From assembly GCA_938001965.1 (NCBI GenBank), contig CALLBC010000033.1:1-57691 (forward strand): 57,691 nt of DNA, read 5' to 3'. Every line of letters begins with the position of its first letter. Within the stretch, counting starts at the first letter, position 1. Origin of the DNA: an uncultured Bdellovibrionales bacterium (GTDB lineage Bacteria > Bdellovibrionota > Bdellovibrionia > Bdellovibrionales > UBA1609). This document shows, one piece after another, positions 37,523 to 47,651 of the stretch. Both the position numbers and the translations under genes were made by a program. The notes below the pieces were generated by a model. That model did no database searches. It was not told where the DNA came from and saw only the letters and a list, made by a program, of their open reading frames with translations.

Positions 37523-37909
37523 CTAATAAGAAGGGTTAAGCTCATCATTCATCATGGTGTTTTTTGCCTCTTTCATATACGAGGCTCCCTGGAAAACAAC
37601 ACCCTCTGAGATTTTTAAACTTGGAGTTGTTACAGAGCCTTTAAAAACTGCTGGAGGCCTCATAATTACTTGTTTTTTGGCAATTATGTTCCCCTCCAAG
37701 TATCCTGATAGAATAATGCTGTTGGCTTCTATATCGGCCTGAACTCGTGCTTCCGGAGATATAATAAGAGTGTCCTTGGTAAAGATCTCGCCTTTAAACT
37801 CCCCGGCCATTCTGACACAACCCTCAAAACTTAAGTTGCCCTCAAATTTAGTCCCCGCATTTAATAAACCTGTTACAGCAGTATTTTCTAGTATTTCTAT
37901 TTGTTCCAA
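37523..37909 (-). CDS. Bactofilin (polymer-forming cytoskeletal protein)
   Basis: GTKFEGNLSFEG...GEI...LKISEGVVFQG beta-helix repeats; TTG start with GAGG SD, overlapping the parB stop. Confidence 0.92.
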   Translation of the reverse strand: MEQIEILENTAVTGLLNAGTKFEGNLSFEGCVRMAGEFKGEIFTKDTLIISPEARVQADIEANSIILSGYLEGNIIAKKQVIMRPPAVFKGSVTTPSLKISEGVVFQGASYMKEAKNTMMNDELNPSY

Positions 37910-38880
37910 GATTGCCTCAAATTATCAACAAAGCTGTTTAGTTCATCATCAGAATAAAACTGTATTTGAAGCTTTGATTTACCATTTTCATAGTCTAATT
38001 TTACTTTCGTACCCAATATTTTTTGAATTTCACTTTTTAGATTTTGTGTCTGCATATTAAGGACTTTGTTTGTATTTTTATTTATTATTTCAGCGCCTTG
38101 CAGCTTTTTAATTAGTTTGTCTGTTTGCTTTACATTGAGCTTAGACTTGACCACTTTCCTGGCAATTTTAAACTGAAGCCTTAAATCTTTTACTGCAAGA
38201 ATTAGTTTTGCCTGGCCCATTGATATTTCACCAGACACAACCATTTCTTTAACTTCAGGTGCTAAATTTAGTAACCTCAAAAGGTTTGCTATTGTGGCTC
38301 GATCTTTTCCAACTTTTTGACCTAACTCACTTTGATTTAAATCAAACTTCTCCATTAGGTGCTGATAAGCTAGCGCTTCTTCTATTGGGTTTAAGTCTTC
38401 ACGTTGAATGTTTTCAATTAATGCAAACTCCATTGCTTTTTGATTATCAATTTTTTTAACTATTACTGGCACCTTATGTAAACCAGCAATCTGCGAAGCT
38501 CTCCATCTTCTTTCACCAGCAATAATTTCAAATGTTCCAGAGGCTCCAGGCTTAACAGTGATTGGCTGTATAATTCCCTGCTCTTTAATGGATTGTGCTA
38601 AAGATTCAAGTGCTTCTCTCTCGAATTTTTTTCTAGGTTGATCTTTATTGGTCGTTATTTTTTCAATATCTATACTAAGTATTCTTTCTTCAATCCCTAT
38701 TGTTCTAACTACTTTGCTTGGCTCAATTTTCTTTGTATTGTTCAAAGTATTCTTTGTATTATTAGTTACTTGTGTTTTTGCTGGCTTTGCCTCAGTCGCC
38801 TCATTACTGGCTCCTAATAAGCTTCCCAAGCCTCTTCCCAATGCACTTTTTTTATTTTTATTTTGCGATGTTGTGGTCAT
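37897..38880 (-). CDS. parB: Chromosome partitioning protein ParB
   Basis: LGRGLGSLL, QPRKKF, IIAGERRWRA, ENIQREDL and HTH motifs. Confidence 0.98.
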   Translation of the reverse strand: MTTTSQNKNKKSALGRGLGSLLGASNEATEAKPAKTQVTNNTKNTLNNTKKIEPSKVVRTIGIEERILSIDIEKITTNKDQPRKKFEREALESLAQSIKEQGIIQPITVKPGASGTFEIIAGERRWRASQIAGLHKVPVIVKKIDNQKAMEFALIENIQREDLNPIEEALAYQHLMEKFDLNQSELGQKVGKDRATIANLLRLLNLAPEVKEMVVSGEISMGQAKLILAVKDLRLQFKIARKVVKSKLNVKQTDKLIKKLQGAEIINKNTNKVLNMQTQNLKSEIQKILGTKVKLDYENGKSKLQIQFYSDDELNSFVDNLRQSWNK

Positions 38881-38891
38881 ACCTTAATTCC

Positions 38892-39725
38892 TTAAATTCT
38901 GGCTTCGTGTTCATTAGTTGTTGCTGGCTGCGGTCTGCTTGTCTCTATTTGCCTTTGATTCATCACTCTCTCATCCAGCTCTGTGGCCAGTTCAAGGTAC
39001 CTTTTTGCTCCTATTGATTTTATATCGTAATGAAGTATAGAGCACCCATGGCTTGGAGCCTCACTCAACCTAACATTCCTTGGAATAATGGCCTTGAATA
39101 CCTTGTCTGCAAAGTGTGATTGAATTTCAGAAACAACCTGATGACTCAAATTATTTCTCTTATCAAACATTGTAAGGACTATGCCCTCAATTTTAAGATT
39201 GGGGTTAAGATTCTTTTTAATAATTCCAGCTGTATTTAAAAGCTGACTTAACCCCTCTAAAGCGTAATATTCACACTGTAGAGGAACTAAGAATGATTGG
39301 GCTGAACACAGTGCGTTAACTGTGAGCAAGCCTAGTGAGGGGGGGCAATCAATTATTACATAATCAAATTTATCAGAAACCGCTTCTATAGCGTCTCTTA
39401 GGCGATACTCGCGGTTGGGCATGTCCACTAATTCAATTTCTGCACCCACTAAATCTGGAGTTGCACAAACGATTTTTAAGTTTTCGTGCTGAGTATTCTG
39501 AATAGTCTCCTCAATAGTCTTTTCACCAATTAATACATGGTAAACATTGCTATCTTGAGTTTCATACCTTTTAATTCCGATTCCACTAGAGGCGTTTCCT
39601 TGCGGATCCATATCTATAATAAGGGTTTTTCGACCTAATTCTGATAAGGCGGCTGCCAAGTTTACTGATGTGGTTGTCTTACCTACACCACCCTTCTGGT
39701 TAGCTATGCAAATTGTTTTGATCAT
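38892..39725 (-). CDS. parA: Chromosome partitioning ATPase ParA/Soj
   Basis: NQKGGVGKTT, DMDPQGN, IDCPPSLG, QCEYYALEG and LSEAPSHG motifs. Confidence 0.98.
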   Translation of the reverse strand: MIKTICIANQKGGVGKTTTSVNLAAALSELGRKTLIIDMDPQGNASSGIGIKRYETQDSNVYHVLIGEKTIEETIQNTQHENLKIVCATPDLVGAEIELVDMPNREYRLRDAIEAVSDKFDYVIIDCPPSLGLLTVNALCSAQSFLVPLQCEYYALEGLSQLLNTAGIIKKNLNPNLKIEGIVLTMFDKRNNLSHQVVSEIQSHFADKVFKAIIPRNVRLSEAPSHGCSILHYDIKSIGAKRYLELATELDERVMNQRQIETSRPQPATTNEHEARI

Positions 39726-39816
39726 TCAAGCTCCTCTGCCTATCTATGTTGCTCACTGACTATTCAGCGACTATTCTAGCCTTTAGTTGTTTAAGTTTTT
39801 AAACTTATTTACCGAT

Positions 39817-39832
39817 TGTTCCATGTGGAACA
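39817..39832. other. parS site 1
   Basis: TGTTCCATGTGGAACA, a near-palindromic match to the parS consensus, just upstream of parA. Confidence 0.9.
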
Positions 39833-39859
39833 TTTACTGTCTAGAGGTTTTAGTAAAAT

Positions 39860-40357
39860 ATGATAAAAAAAGCATTATTTTTTCTTATTTTGCCCATTTT
39901 TCTCACTTCTTGCTTTGATAAGCGCATAAAAAATCCAGAATCTGTTGATTTGATTTATCTCGATATAAAAGAGGATATAAAAAAGATCGAAAAAACTATT
40001 CACCTGAGAGAAACTGAGATTCAGACGGTGAGGGGGGAGATGCAGTCATTGCCTATTCGCTCCAAAGGGATAACTGTTAAACAGATGCGTATTGATGCTA
40101 TGAACAGTGATATTCAGCGCTTTAAGCAATTAAAGAAGTATATGAATATTAAGCTTAAAAAACGAAGAGAGATGGCTAAAATTAGATACGAATTGCGCTT
40201 TCAAGAGAAGCAAGAGTGGCCAGATAAAGAAGAGTTTAGAAAGTACTTAATTGTAAAGAATCACAGCCAAATGCCCGTTGAAGAAATAAACAAGTCTGAC
40301 AGTAGTCGATCACCAACTCATACAAGGGATGTTGGACGAATTCTACAGGGCCTCTAG
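39860..40357 (+). CDS. Hypothetical basic coiled-coil lipoprotein
   Basis: Lipobox LTSC after a hydrophobic stretch; 165-aa ORF filling the rsmG-parA gap on the opposite strand. Confidence 0.75.
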   Translation: MIKKALFFLILPIFLTSCFDKRIKNPESVDLIYLDIKEDIKKIEKTIHLRETEIQTVRGEMQSLPIRSKGITVKQMRIDAMNSDIQRFKQLKKYMNIKLKKRREMAKIRYELRFQEKQEWPDKEEFRKYLIVKNHSQMPVEEINKSDSSRSPTHTRDVGRILQGL

Positions 40358-40358
40358 A

Positions 40359-40374
40359 TGTTCCACGTAGAACA
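40359..40374. other. parS site 2
   Basis: TGTTCCACGTAGAACA, one change from the TGTTCCACGTGGAACA palindrome. Confidence 0.85.
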
Positions 40375-40394
40375 ACCAGGCAATAGATCTAAGC

Positions 40395-41114
40395 CTAGAG
40401 TTTACGCTCAGTTTTAATAACAAATCTTTCGCCATGGCCCTTAGGTAACTTATACTCAAAAAGCATATCAGGTTTCCAGGTTGTCAGAAGCTGGGAGGGT
40501 AGTTCACCAATTTCATTCGGCCACAATGGGCCCTTAAGGTGATAGTAGGTTGAACCAGGGGTAAAGCTCTTATTTGAAAGTAATAGGCACTTCGTAAGCG
40601 AACCAAGCCCTCTACTCACAGCACAGCTAATTGATCTCGCTTTAATTTGTGAAATATCGGCGCAATGCGCTGCGACATTCTTTAAGGCTAATTTAGTAGC
40701 CATATATTTAATAAACTCAACTTTACGCTGATCACTATCAACAAGAATAAACTTTCTATCCTGATCAAGGATAGCCATAATCAAACCAGGAAAGCCATTA
40801 CCTGAACCTAGGTCATAAATAATCTCTGCCTTAGTGTCTTCTAAGATCTTTTGACCCGAAACAAAGCAGTCAAGAAAATGGACTATGTCCGCGTTATAAA
40901 TAGATTTTTTTGAAACAAGATTGATTTTAATATTAAATTTTACTAGATCCTCATGATAAACCTTGAATCTATTTAAGTGAGGCGAGTCGGGGATCAGCTC
41001 TTCCATTCTCCAGTAAACCTTAGGTTTACCATCTAAGCCTTTAGCTAGCATTTCTGCCTGGGCCTTTTCCTCTTCAGTTGCCTCTAGAAATATGTACCTT
41101 CCGCCTTTTGCCAA
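40395..41114 (-). CDS. rsmG: 16S rRNA m7G527 methyltransferase RsmG (GidB)
   Basis: [24 protein letters not shown] and VSRG motifs; follows mnmG; TTG start is uncertain. Confidence 0.93.
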   Translation of the reverse strand: MAKGGRYIFLEATEEEKAQAEMLAKGLDGKPKVYWRMEELIPDSPHLNRFKVYHEDLVKFNIKINLVSKKSIYNADIVHFLDCFVSGQKILEDTKAEIIYDLGSGNGFPGLIMAILDQDRKFILVDSDQRKVEFIKYMATKLALKNVAAHCADISQIKARSISCAVSRGLGSLTKCLLLSNKSFTPGSTYYHLKGPLWPNEIGELPSQLLTTWKPDMLFEYKLPKGHGERFVIKTERKL

Positions 41115-42981
41115 TTTTCTTCCTTTTTTTACTTTTCAAGTAAAGCATAATTGCATGAATAGCTGATGGATTAACACCGCTAATTCTTGTAGCTTGCCCA
41201 AGAGTTCTAGGGCGAACTAGGTTTAATTTCTCTTTTTCTTCAGTGGATAAACCAACTAAATCATCATAAACAAAATCAGCGGGAATCAATAACTTCTCTA
41301 ACTTTTTTGTTTGTTTTATTTTTTCATTTTCTAAACTTATATAACCTGAATATTTTACTTTAATTTCTACCGGTTCGTATACATCTTTCGATGGCATTTC
41401 TATATCAAACCGACTCAAGTCCAAGCTTTTAATCTCACTTCTTTTTAAAAGTGTGTCCAATGTAATTGGCTTTTGTAAAATTGGTGTTTTAAGTTGTTTA
41501 AAAATTTCTTGGGTGGCTGGCTTAGGAGTAATTTTTGTAGAAGATAAAATATTATAAAAATTTTCTCTTCTGGTACGTAAATCCTCAAGGTCGCGTTTTT
41601 TATCATCATCAATTAATTTATACTCACTACTTACTGGCAATAATCTTTCTAAAACATTATCTTCACGAAGTATTAGCCTATGTTCAGCTCGAGACGTCAT
41701 CATGCGATAAGGCTCTTTAGTTCCCTTAATAACTAAGTCATCAATAAGAACACCAATATAAGAATTATGTCGCTCTAAATGTAGAGGCTCATTATTTAAA
41801 ATTTTAAGAGCTGCATTAGCACCGGCGACTAAACCTTGGCCCGCTGCCTCTTCATACCCACTTGTTCCATTGATCTGGCCAGCTAGATATAAATTAGCCA
41901 AAGCCTTTGTCTCTAACGAATGAGTAATCTGAGTAGGCTCAATAAAGTCATACTCAACTGCATAGCCAGGCCTAATCATTTTAACCTGCTCAAGTCCGGG
42001 TATAGTTTTAAGTAGCTGATATTGAACATTTTCTGGTAAACTAGTGGATATCCCTTGAAGGTATATAGTTTGAGTATTCAATCCCTCTGGTTCCAAAAAG
42101 GTTAAGTGGCTTTTTTTCTCACTAAATCTTGTAATTTTATCTTCAATACTTGGGCAATACCTTGGACCTTGTCCAGAGATAGCTCCAGAGTACATGGGAG
42201 ATTTATCTATATTATTTCTGATAATCTCATGAGTTCTTTCATTAGTATTAGTCATAAAACAGGCTATCTGCTTAAGCTTAAGTTCACTTTTACTTCTAAA
42301 GCTAAATGGATAAAACTCTTTGTCACCATACATAGGAGTAGTCATTTCCCAGTTAATACTATCAGCTAATAACCTGGGAGGAGTTCCAGTTTTTAATCTT
42401 GTTACTTTAAAGTTATAATTTTCTAATTGGTCAGATATACCTGTAGTTGCCTTATCGCCAACTCTTCCACCAGCTATTTGCTTATCACCAATATGCATAA
42501 CTGCATTCATAAATGTTCCAGTAGTAATGATAACAGCTTTAGCCTTAATTAAACTTTGATCAATTAAGTAAATACCATCAACTGTATCATTATTAATTGA
42601 TAAGCTAACAACCTCGCCCTCAAAAACTGTAAGGTTTATCTGATTCATCACCCTTTTAGACATATAATCACAATATAAATCTTTATCGCACTGGGCTCTA
42701 GAACCTCGAACAGCAGGGCCTTTTTTTGAATTTAATCTTTTAAATTGAACGCATGTTTCATCAGTAGCAAAACCCATTTCGCCACCAAGCACATCAATCT
42801 CTCTTACAATATGACCTTTTGCCAAACCACCTATAGATGGATTACAGCTCATAAAACCAATTCGATCTAAATTATTGGTTACCAACAATACATTTAATCC
42901 AAGTCTCGATGAAGAAAGGGCAGCCTCAATACCAGCATGTCCTGCACCGACCACAATAATATCAAAATTAGTCATAATCAT
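41074..42981 (-). CDS. mnmG: tRNA modification enzyme MnmG (GidA)
   Basis: [31 protein letters not shown] and [13 protein letters not shown] motifs. Confidence 0.98.
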   Translation of the reverse strand: MIMTNFDIIVVGAGHAGIEAALSSSRLGLNVLLVTNNLDRIGFMSCNPSIGGLAKGHIVREIDVLGGEMGFATDETCVQFKRLNSKKGPAVRGSRAQCDKDLYCDYMSKRVMNQINLTVFEGEVVSLSINNDTVDGIYLIDQSLIKAKAVIITTGTFMNAVMHIGDKQIAGGRVGDKATTGISDQLENYNFKVTRLKTGTPPRLLADSINWEMTTPMYGDKEFYPFSFRSKSELKLKQIACFMTNTNERTHEIIRNNIDKSPMYSGAISGQGPRYCPSIEDKITRFSEKKSHLTFLEPEGLNTQTIYLQGISTSLPENVQYQLLKTIPGLEQVKMIRPGYAVEYDFIEPTQITHSLETKALANLYLAGQINGTSGYEEAAGQGLVAGANAALKILNNEPLHLERHNSYIGVLIDDLVIKGTKEPYRMMTSRAEHRLILREDNVLERLLPVSSEYKLIDDDKKRDLEDLRTRRENFYNILSSTKITPKPATQEIFKQLKTPILQKPITLDTLLKRSEIKSLDLSRFDIEMPSKDVYEPVEIKVKYSGYISLENEKIKQTKKLEKLLIPADFVYDDLVGLSTEEKEKLNLVRPRTLGQATRISGVNPSAIHAIMLYLKSKKRKKIGKRRKVHISRGN

Positions 42982-44387
42982 TTACCTATACAAAATTCTT
43001 TAAAAACCTTGTCCATTACTTCGTCATCATATGTCTTTCCAAGAACCTCATAAATACTTTGTAGGGCCGATTGCATTTCAAAAGCTATAAATTCAGGGCT
43101 TTCATTAAGCTTCATAAGTTCTCGTGATTTATTAAGTTTATTTAAACAATTAGACAAAAGCTCATAATGTCGAGCTTGAGTTAGGACAGATGAGCTTTCA
43201 TTGAAATTAATTTTTGATTGCTCACTAAGCCAGGATTTAACAGTGGCTAAACCATCTTTCAAAGTACTACTTGTGCTTAAATAGTTTGCCCATTCCATTG
43301 AAAATGAAAATTTTGATTCAAAATCACTGCTTGATAATACCTGTGAAGAGTCGCTATCGAGTAAATCTACTTTTGTATTAACAAAAATACAGTTTTTGCC
43401 ATTGATGGACTTGAATATCTCAATAAAAGATTCTTTTTGTACATCTTTGCTCGAGGCATCAAACAAAAAGAAGATAAAATCTGACTCAGCTATCACATCA
43501 ATAGTTTTATTAATTCCTATCTTCTCAATAGGGTCGTCAGTGATATGAATACCAGCGGTATCAGAAAAATTAAATTCTACCCCATTTATAATAAAAGATG
43601 ACTCTACAATATCCCTAGTAGTACCAGGTATATTAGTAACAATGGCCTTTTCTTCACCAATAAGTGAGTTTAGGAAGCTTGATTTACCAGCATTTGGTAA
43701 GCCAACTAAAGAGATGTGCAAGCCGTCTTTAAGTTTTTTTCCGGTTTTATAACTAGCAATAATATCCCTGATTTCACCTGCAATAAGGCCTGTTTCATCA
43801 ATAAACTCTGTTGCCGATACTAACTCAATATCTTCAGCAGAAAAATCAATATTAGCTTCTAAGTTAGCTAAAATTAAAGTTAGCCGGTCACTAATAGATT
43901 GAATATTATTGGATAAATGACCCTTAAGTTGATTCAAAGAAATATTAGCAATTTTATCTGTTTGGCTATGAATCATAGATAAAACACTTTCAGCCTGAAT
44001 AAGGTCGATGCGACCATTAGAAAAAGCACGATAGGTAAATTCGCCTTTGCCAGCAAGGCGTGCACCATTGTCTATTAAAGTCTCTAATAATTTTTTAGTA
44101 ATGTATTTTCCACCATGACATGAGACTTCAAAAACATGATTACCTGTGAAAGAACGACCTTCAGCAAAGTAAGTCACCAAAACTTCATCAATATCATTAT
44201 TAGTTTTATGGTCTTTAATATAACCATAATAGACTTTATGGCTCTCAAGTTCTTTCGGTAAAAATGGACAGGCTCTTCTAATAATGGACTCTGATTCTTC
44301 GCCGCATAACCGAATTACTGAGATTCCACCAACTCCAGGTGGGGTAGCAACAGCACAAATTACGTCATCAGAATCAAAATATTTCAT
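42978..44387 (-). CDS. mnmE: tRNA modification GTPase MnmE (TrmE)
   Basis: [26 protein letters not shown] and terminal FCIGK. Confidence 0.98.
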   Translation of the reverse strand: MKYFDSDDVICAVATPPGVGGISVIRLCGEESESIIRRACPFLPKELESHKVYYGYIKDHKTNNDIDEVLVTYFAEGRSFTGNHVFEVSCHGGKYITKKLLETLIDNGARLAGKGEFTYRAFSNGRIDLIQAESVLSMIHSQTDKIANISLNQLKGHLSNNIQSISDRLTLILANLEANIDFSAEDIELVSATEFIDETGLIAGEIRDIIASYKTGKKLKDGLHISLVGLPNAGKSSFLNSLIGEEKAIVTNIPGTTRDIVESSFIINGVEFNFSDTAGIHITDDPIEKIGINKTIDVIAESDFIFFLFDASSKDVQKESFIEIFKSINGKNCIFVNTKVDLLDSDSSQVLSSSDFESKFSFSMEWANYLSTSSTLKDGLATVKSWLSEQSKINFNESSSVLTQARHYELLSNCLNKLNKSRELMKLNESPEFIAFEMQSALQSIYEVLGKTYDDEVMDKVFKEFCIGK

Positions 44388-44389
44388 TT

Positions 44390-44935
44390 TTAGGTAGTTC
44401 GTTGTGATTCAGTATTACCTGAATCCTTTGTTAAAAATATTTTTACTTTTTTAAAGTGCCCATCGCCAATAGAGCGACTTTTAACTCGATCATCATCAGC
44501 TAAAAATTGATGAACAATTTTTCTTTTACCTGGAGGAAGAGCTTTAACATACACAGGCTTTCCCTTTTGAATAACAATACCTTTAAGCTTATTTGCTAAC
44601 TTCAATAGCGACTCATCTGAACGCTCTCTATAATTATCACAATCCAAAATTAAGCCAATACGATCTTCTGGTAGTTGATGCTGTAACACTCTTTTTAAAT
44701 ATAGCTGGAGGCCATCAAGCAATTGGCCATCTCTATTAAGTAGAAGCCCCTCATCAGTTCCATAAAGATCAATCTTAATACCGTTAGTTTCTTCATTAAC
44801 TAATACATCAAATGATAGCTCTAAATTTGCAATGTTAATAATAGTTTCTAAAACATCTGCTAATAGTGCTGCTGGAGAATTACTTTTAGAATCACTTTCT
44901 TTTCCGCCAAATAATTTACCTAAAAATCCTTTCAT
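44390..44935 (-). CDS. jag: Jag/KhpB(EloR)-like KH-R3H RNA-binding protein lacking the Jag_N domain
   Basis: LDGLQ, DCDNYR, RKIVH (R3H) and SRSIGDG motifs; position between yidC and mnmE. Confidence 0.88.
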   Translation of the reverse strand: MKGFLGKLFGGKESDSKSNSPAALLADVLETIINIANLELSFDVLVNEETNGIKIDLYGTDEGLLLNRDGQLLDGLQLYLKRVLQHQLPEDRIGLILDCDNYRERSDESLLKLANKLKGIVIQKGKPVYVKALPPGKRKIVHQFLADDDRVKSRSIGDGHFKKVKIFLTKDSGNTESQRTT

Positions 44936-44957
44936 CTTTTCCCTCTTTTTTAAATAC

Positions 44958-46580
44958 CTAAGCTTTGCTTAGAACTGGTTGTGATAATGAAGTATCTCTC
45001 ATCAATATAAAATGTTGAATTATACCGAACAAAGTACTTATAAAAATATAAAGTGTTAACCCACTTGGAAGCCCAAGCATAAAAATACCAAATACTAATG
45101 GCATAAACATCATGATCTTTTTCTGCATCGGGTCCATCGCTGAAGGAGAAATCTTCATTTGGAAGAACATAGCGATACTCATTAATACAGGCAAAATATA
45201 ATAAGGATCCTTTAAACTTAAATCCTGTAGCCATAACATAAATGGAGCTTGGTAAAGCTCAATACTTTGACCAAGAACACGGTAAAAAGCAAAAAATATT
45301 GGAAACTGTAAAAGCATGGGCAAACAACCACTCACTGGGTTAGCTTTATTTTCTTTCATCAGGCTCATAACTTTCATGTTCATTTCTTGAGGTTTATCTT
45401 TTAACTTTTCTCTGATCTCTTTAATTTGTGGCTGAATCCTCTGCATGCGCTTCATTGATTTTGCAGAGTATATATTTAAAGGTAGTAAGATTAATTTAAT
45501 AATTAATGTCATTAAAACAATAGCAAAGCCCCAGTTACCTACAAAGCTATATAAAACTTTTAATAATTTCAGCAACCAACGGGCAATAACATCAAACCAA
45601 CCATAATCGATGATTTCACTTAACCCTTTATCAATTTTATTTAAAAAGTTTACATCTTTCGGGCCTATAAATGCAGTTACTAATATATCTTGCTTATTTT
45701 CATCATAATTTAAAACCGGGTAGTTAAGTTGGCCTAAAACTGTCTCATTTTCATTAATCTGATTAAAAGTAGGATAAGTGTTTGAGTTATTTACCATGGC
45801 CATAGAAAAGTAAGTTTCACCCAAGTTAACAATACTAACATTTTTTAGGTTTAAACTTTCTTCAAAGATAGCATCGCCCATCAACCTTTCATTAGTGTTT
45901 TCATATTTAACAAAAAGCTCTTGGCCACCCATCATAGGCATCATTATACTTGTTTCACTCTCCACCTTTTCGCCGGGAAGCAAAAACTTAATACCTTTAA
46001 AGCTATTATTAAATCCTGAAGATGAAACTTTAATTTTAACACTATATATTTCAGGGTTAATCTCAATTGTCTTTGTAATTGGTATGCCATTGTAATTAGC
46101 AACACCTTGATATCTATTTTCAGATATCTTTGAAATGCTAAAGTTTAGTTTCTTATTATTACCAAGTACATTAGTTTCAAAGGGAAGTGTTGATAAGTTT
46201 GTGGGTAAAGTTTTAACTTTTTTATCGCGGTCAAAATACTTATTAAGAACGATATTTTTTACTCCCATACCATAGGAACTAATATCAAAGTTTAAGTTAT
46301 TACTTTTATAAGAAACCAACTTCTCGGCCACATTGTTTGGCTGCTTTTGGTTTTCTATAATATCAGTAGTAGTAGCTGTATTTACATTAGAATTAGTCTT
46401 TGTCGCACTATCAACTGTGTTATTAGTATTTTGATCAGTCGTTTGTGTTGTTTTCTCTTTATATAAGTGAGGATATTTTTTTTTCATATATCCATCCCAA
46501 ACAAACCAACTTAAGCCTACAAAAAAAATAGCAAATATACTCTTTCCATCTAAAAAAGAACCTGGTTTATTATTTGTCAT
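44958..46580 (-). CDS. yidC: Membrane protein insertase YidC
   Basis: IDYGWF, GNWGFAI, GCLPMLLQFPIF, DLSLKDPY and PSGLTLY motifs; start probably ATG 46580. Confidence 0.97.
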   Translation of the reverse strand: MTNNKPGSFLDGKSIFAIFFVGLSWFVWDGYMKKKYPHLYKEKTTQTTDQNTNNTVDSATKTNSNVNTATTTDIIENQKQPNNVAEKLVSYKSNNLNFDISSYGMGVKNIVLNKYFDRDKKVKTLPTNLSTLPFETNVLGNNKKLNFSISKISENRYQGVANYNGIPITKTIEINPEIYSVKIKVSSSGFNNSFKGIKFLLPGEKVESETSIMMPMMGGQELFVKYENTNERLMGDAIFEESLNLKNVSIVNLGETYFSMAMVNNSNTYPTFNQINENETVLGQLNYPVLNYDENKQDILVTAFIGPKDVNFLNKIDKGLSEIIDYGWFDVIARWLLKLLKVLYSFVGNWGFAIVLMTLIIKLILLPLNIYSAKSMKRMQRIQPQIKEIREKLKDKPQEMNMKVMSLMKENKANPVSGCLPMLLQFPIFFAFYRVLGQSIELYQAPFMLWLQDLSLKDPYYILPVLMSIAMFFQMKISPSAMDPMQKKIMMFMPLVFGIFMLGLPSGLTLYIFISTLFGIIQHFILMRDTSLSQPVLSKA

Positions 46581-46863
46581 TATAACCTCTGAGAACATAA
46601 TTAGGATTTAATCTTATAAAATTTTTAGGCACGGGATCATATCCACCTTTAGTAAGCGGGTGACATCTTATGATCCTAAGAAAAGTTAGGATAATACCTT
46701 TAATTGATCCATGTTTTAAAATACTTTCTTGAGCATAACATGAGCAAGTCGGGTGGTATTTACAAGAAGGCATAGAAAATGATGATAAAAAGACCTGATA
46801 CATTTTTATCACAAAAAGTAGTGCTGACTTAATACTTCTTTTTATACTTTGTGATAAATTCAT
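46570..46863 (-). CDS. yidD: Membrane protein insertion efficiency factor YidD
   Basis: YQ...CKYHPTCSCY...RCHP..KGGYDPVP motif; start uncertain. Confidence 0.93.
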   Translation of the reverse strand: MNLSQSIKRSIKSALLFVIKMYQVFLSSFSMPSCKYHPTCSCYAQESILKHGSIKGIILTFLRIIRCHPLTKGGYDPVPKNFIRLNPNYVLRGYNDK

Positions 46864-47191
46864 TAATCGATTCTTCAACTTCAATACACCTTAAATTTTT
46901 AAATTGATCTTTGCCTTTTTTAGCAAAAACGATGTTAACGTCTAAACAGAGAGAATTAATTTTATGAGATAATTTTCTTGAAGATTCTCTGCAATATCTT
47001 TTTAAACGATTTCTTTGTACGGCATTACCAACATATCTTGGTAAAGTCCAACCAAGACGAGAATAGGATAAATTATTAGATTGAAAATTAAAGATTAAAC
47101 CATGTTGAGTATAAATTCGATGACCAGATTTTCTTAAACTTAAATAATTACTTCTCGACTTTAGAGTTATAAAAGAAGAACTATTTTCCAC
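46829..47191 (-). CDS. rnpA: RNase P protein component
   Basis: RLG...[12 protein letters not shown] (RNR motif); GTG start overlapping rpmH. Confidence 0.95.
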   Translation of the reverse strand: MENSSSFITLKSRSNYLSLRKSGHRIYTQHGLIFNFQSNNLSYSRLGWTLPRYVGNAVQRNRLKRYCRESSRKLSHKINSLCLDVNIVFAKKGKDQFKNLRCIEVEESINEFITKYKKKY

Positions 47192-47330
47192 CTACAGAAA
47201 CCGTAAGTCTCTTTCTACCTTTTGCACGTCTTCTAGATAAAACCTGACGACCATCTTTTGTTGCCATTCTAGCTCTAAAGCCGTGTACAGCTTTTCTTCT
47301 TTTTTTACTTGGTTGATACGTTCTTTTCAT
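47181..47330 (-). CDS. rpmH: 50S ribosomal protein L34 (absent from the ORF track)
   Basis: Hand translation: [49 protein letters not shown]; GAGG SD. Confidence 0.98.
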   Translation of the reverse strand: MKRTYQPSKKRRKAVHGFRARMATKDGRQVLSRRRAKGRKRLTVSVGGK

Positions 47331-47503
47331 TACTAAACCTCTTTGAGAGTACTTGAATATAAATCTCTATTTCAGAAGGAATTTAAATACCTAAATATCT
47401 ATTTTTAGGCAAGTTTATAAATTAAAAAATAAAGATTTATCTCTGATAATGCTCAAATAACACTCAGCAACTCTCTAGTTTGTTGTAATCACTAGATATA
47501 GAG

Positions 47504-47642
47504 TTATACACATTATGGCATCCTACGTTAGATGCATAACTACCTATTATTATATGAATATATAAATAGTAGTTTATTTATTATACTTAAGGATATTGAA
47601 AAAATTATATGACCATGATACTTAGTTTTCCACATTTCCACA
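47504..47642 (+). promoter_or_regulatory. DnaA boxes upstream of dnaA
   Basis: TTATACACA 47504-47512, TTTTCCACA 47626-47634 and ATTTCCACA 47634-47642. Confidence 0.75.
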
Positions 47643-47651
47643 GGGGTATAC

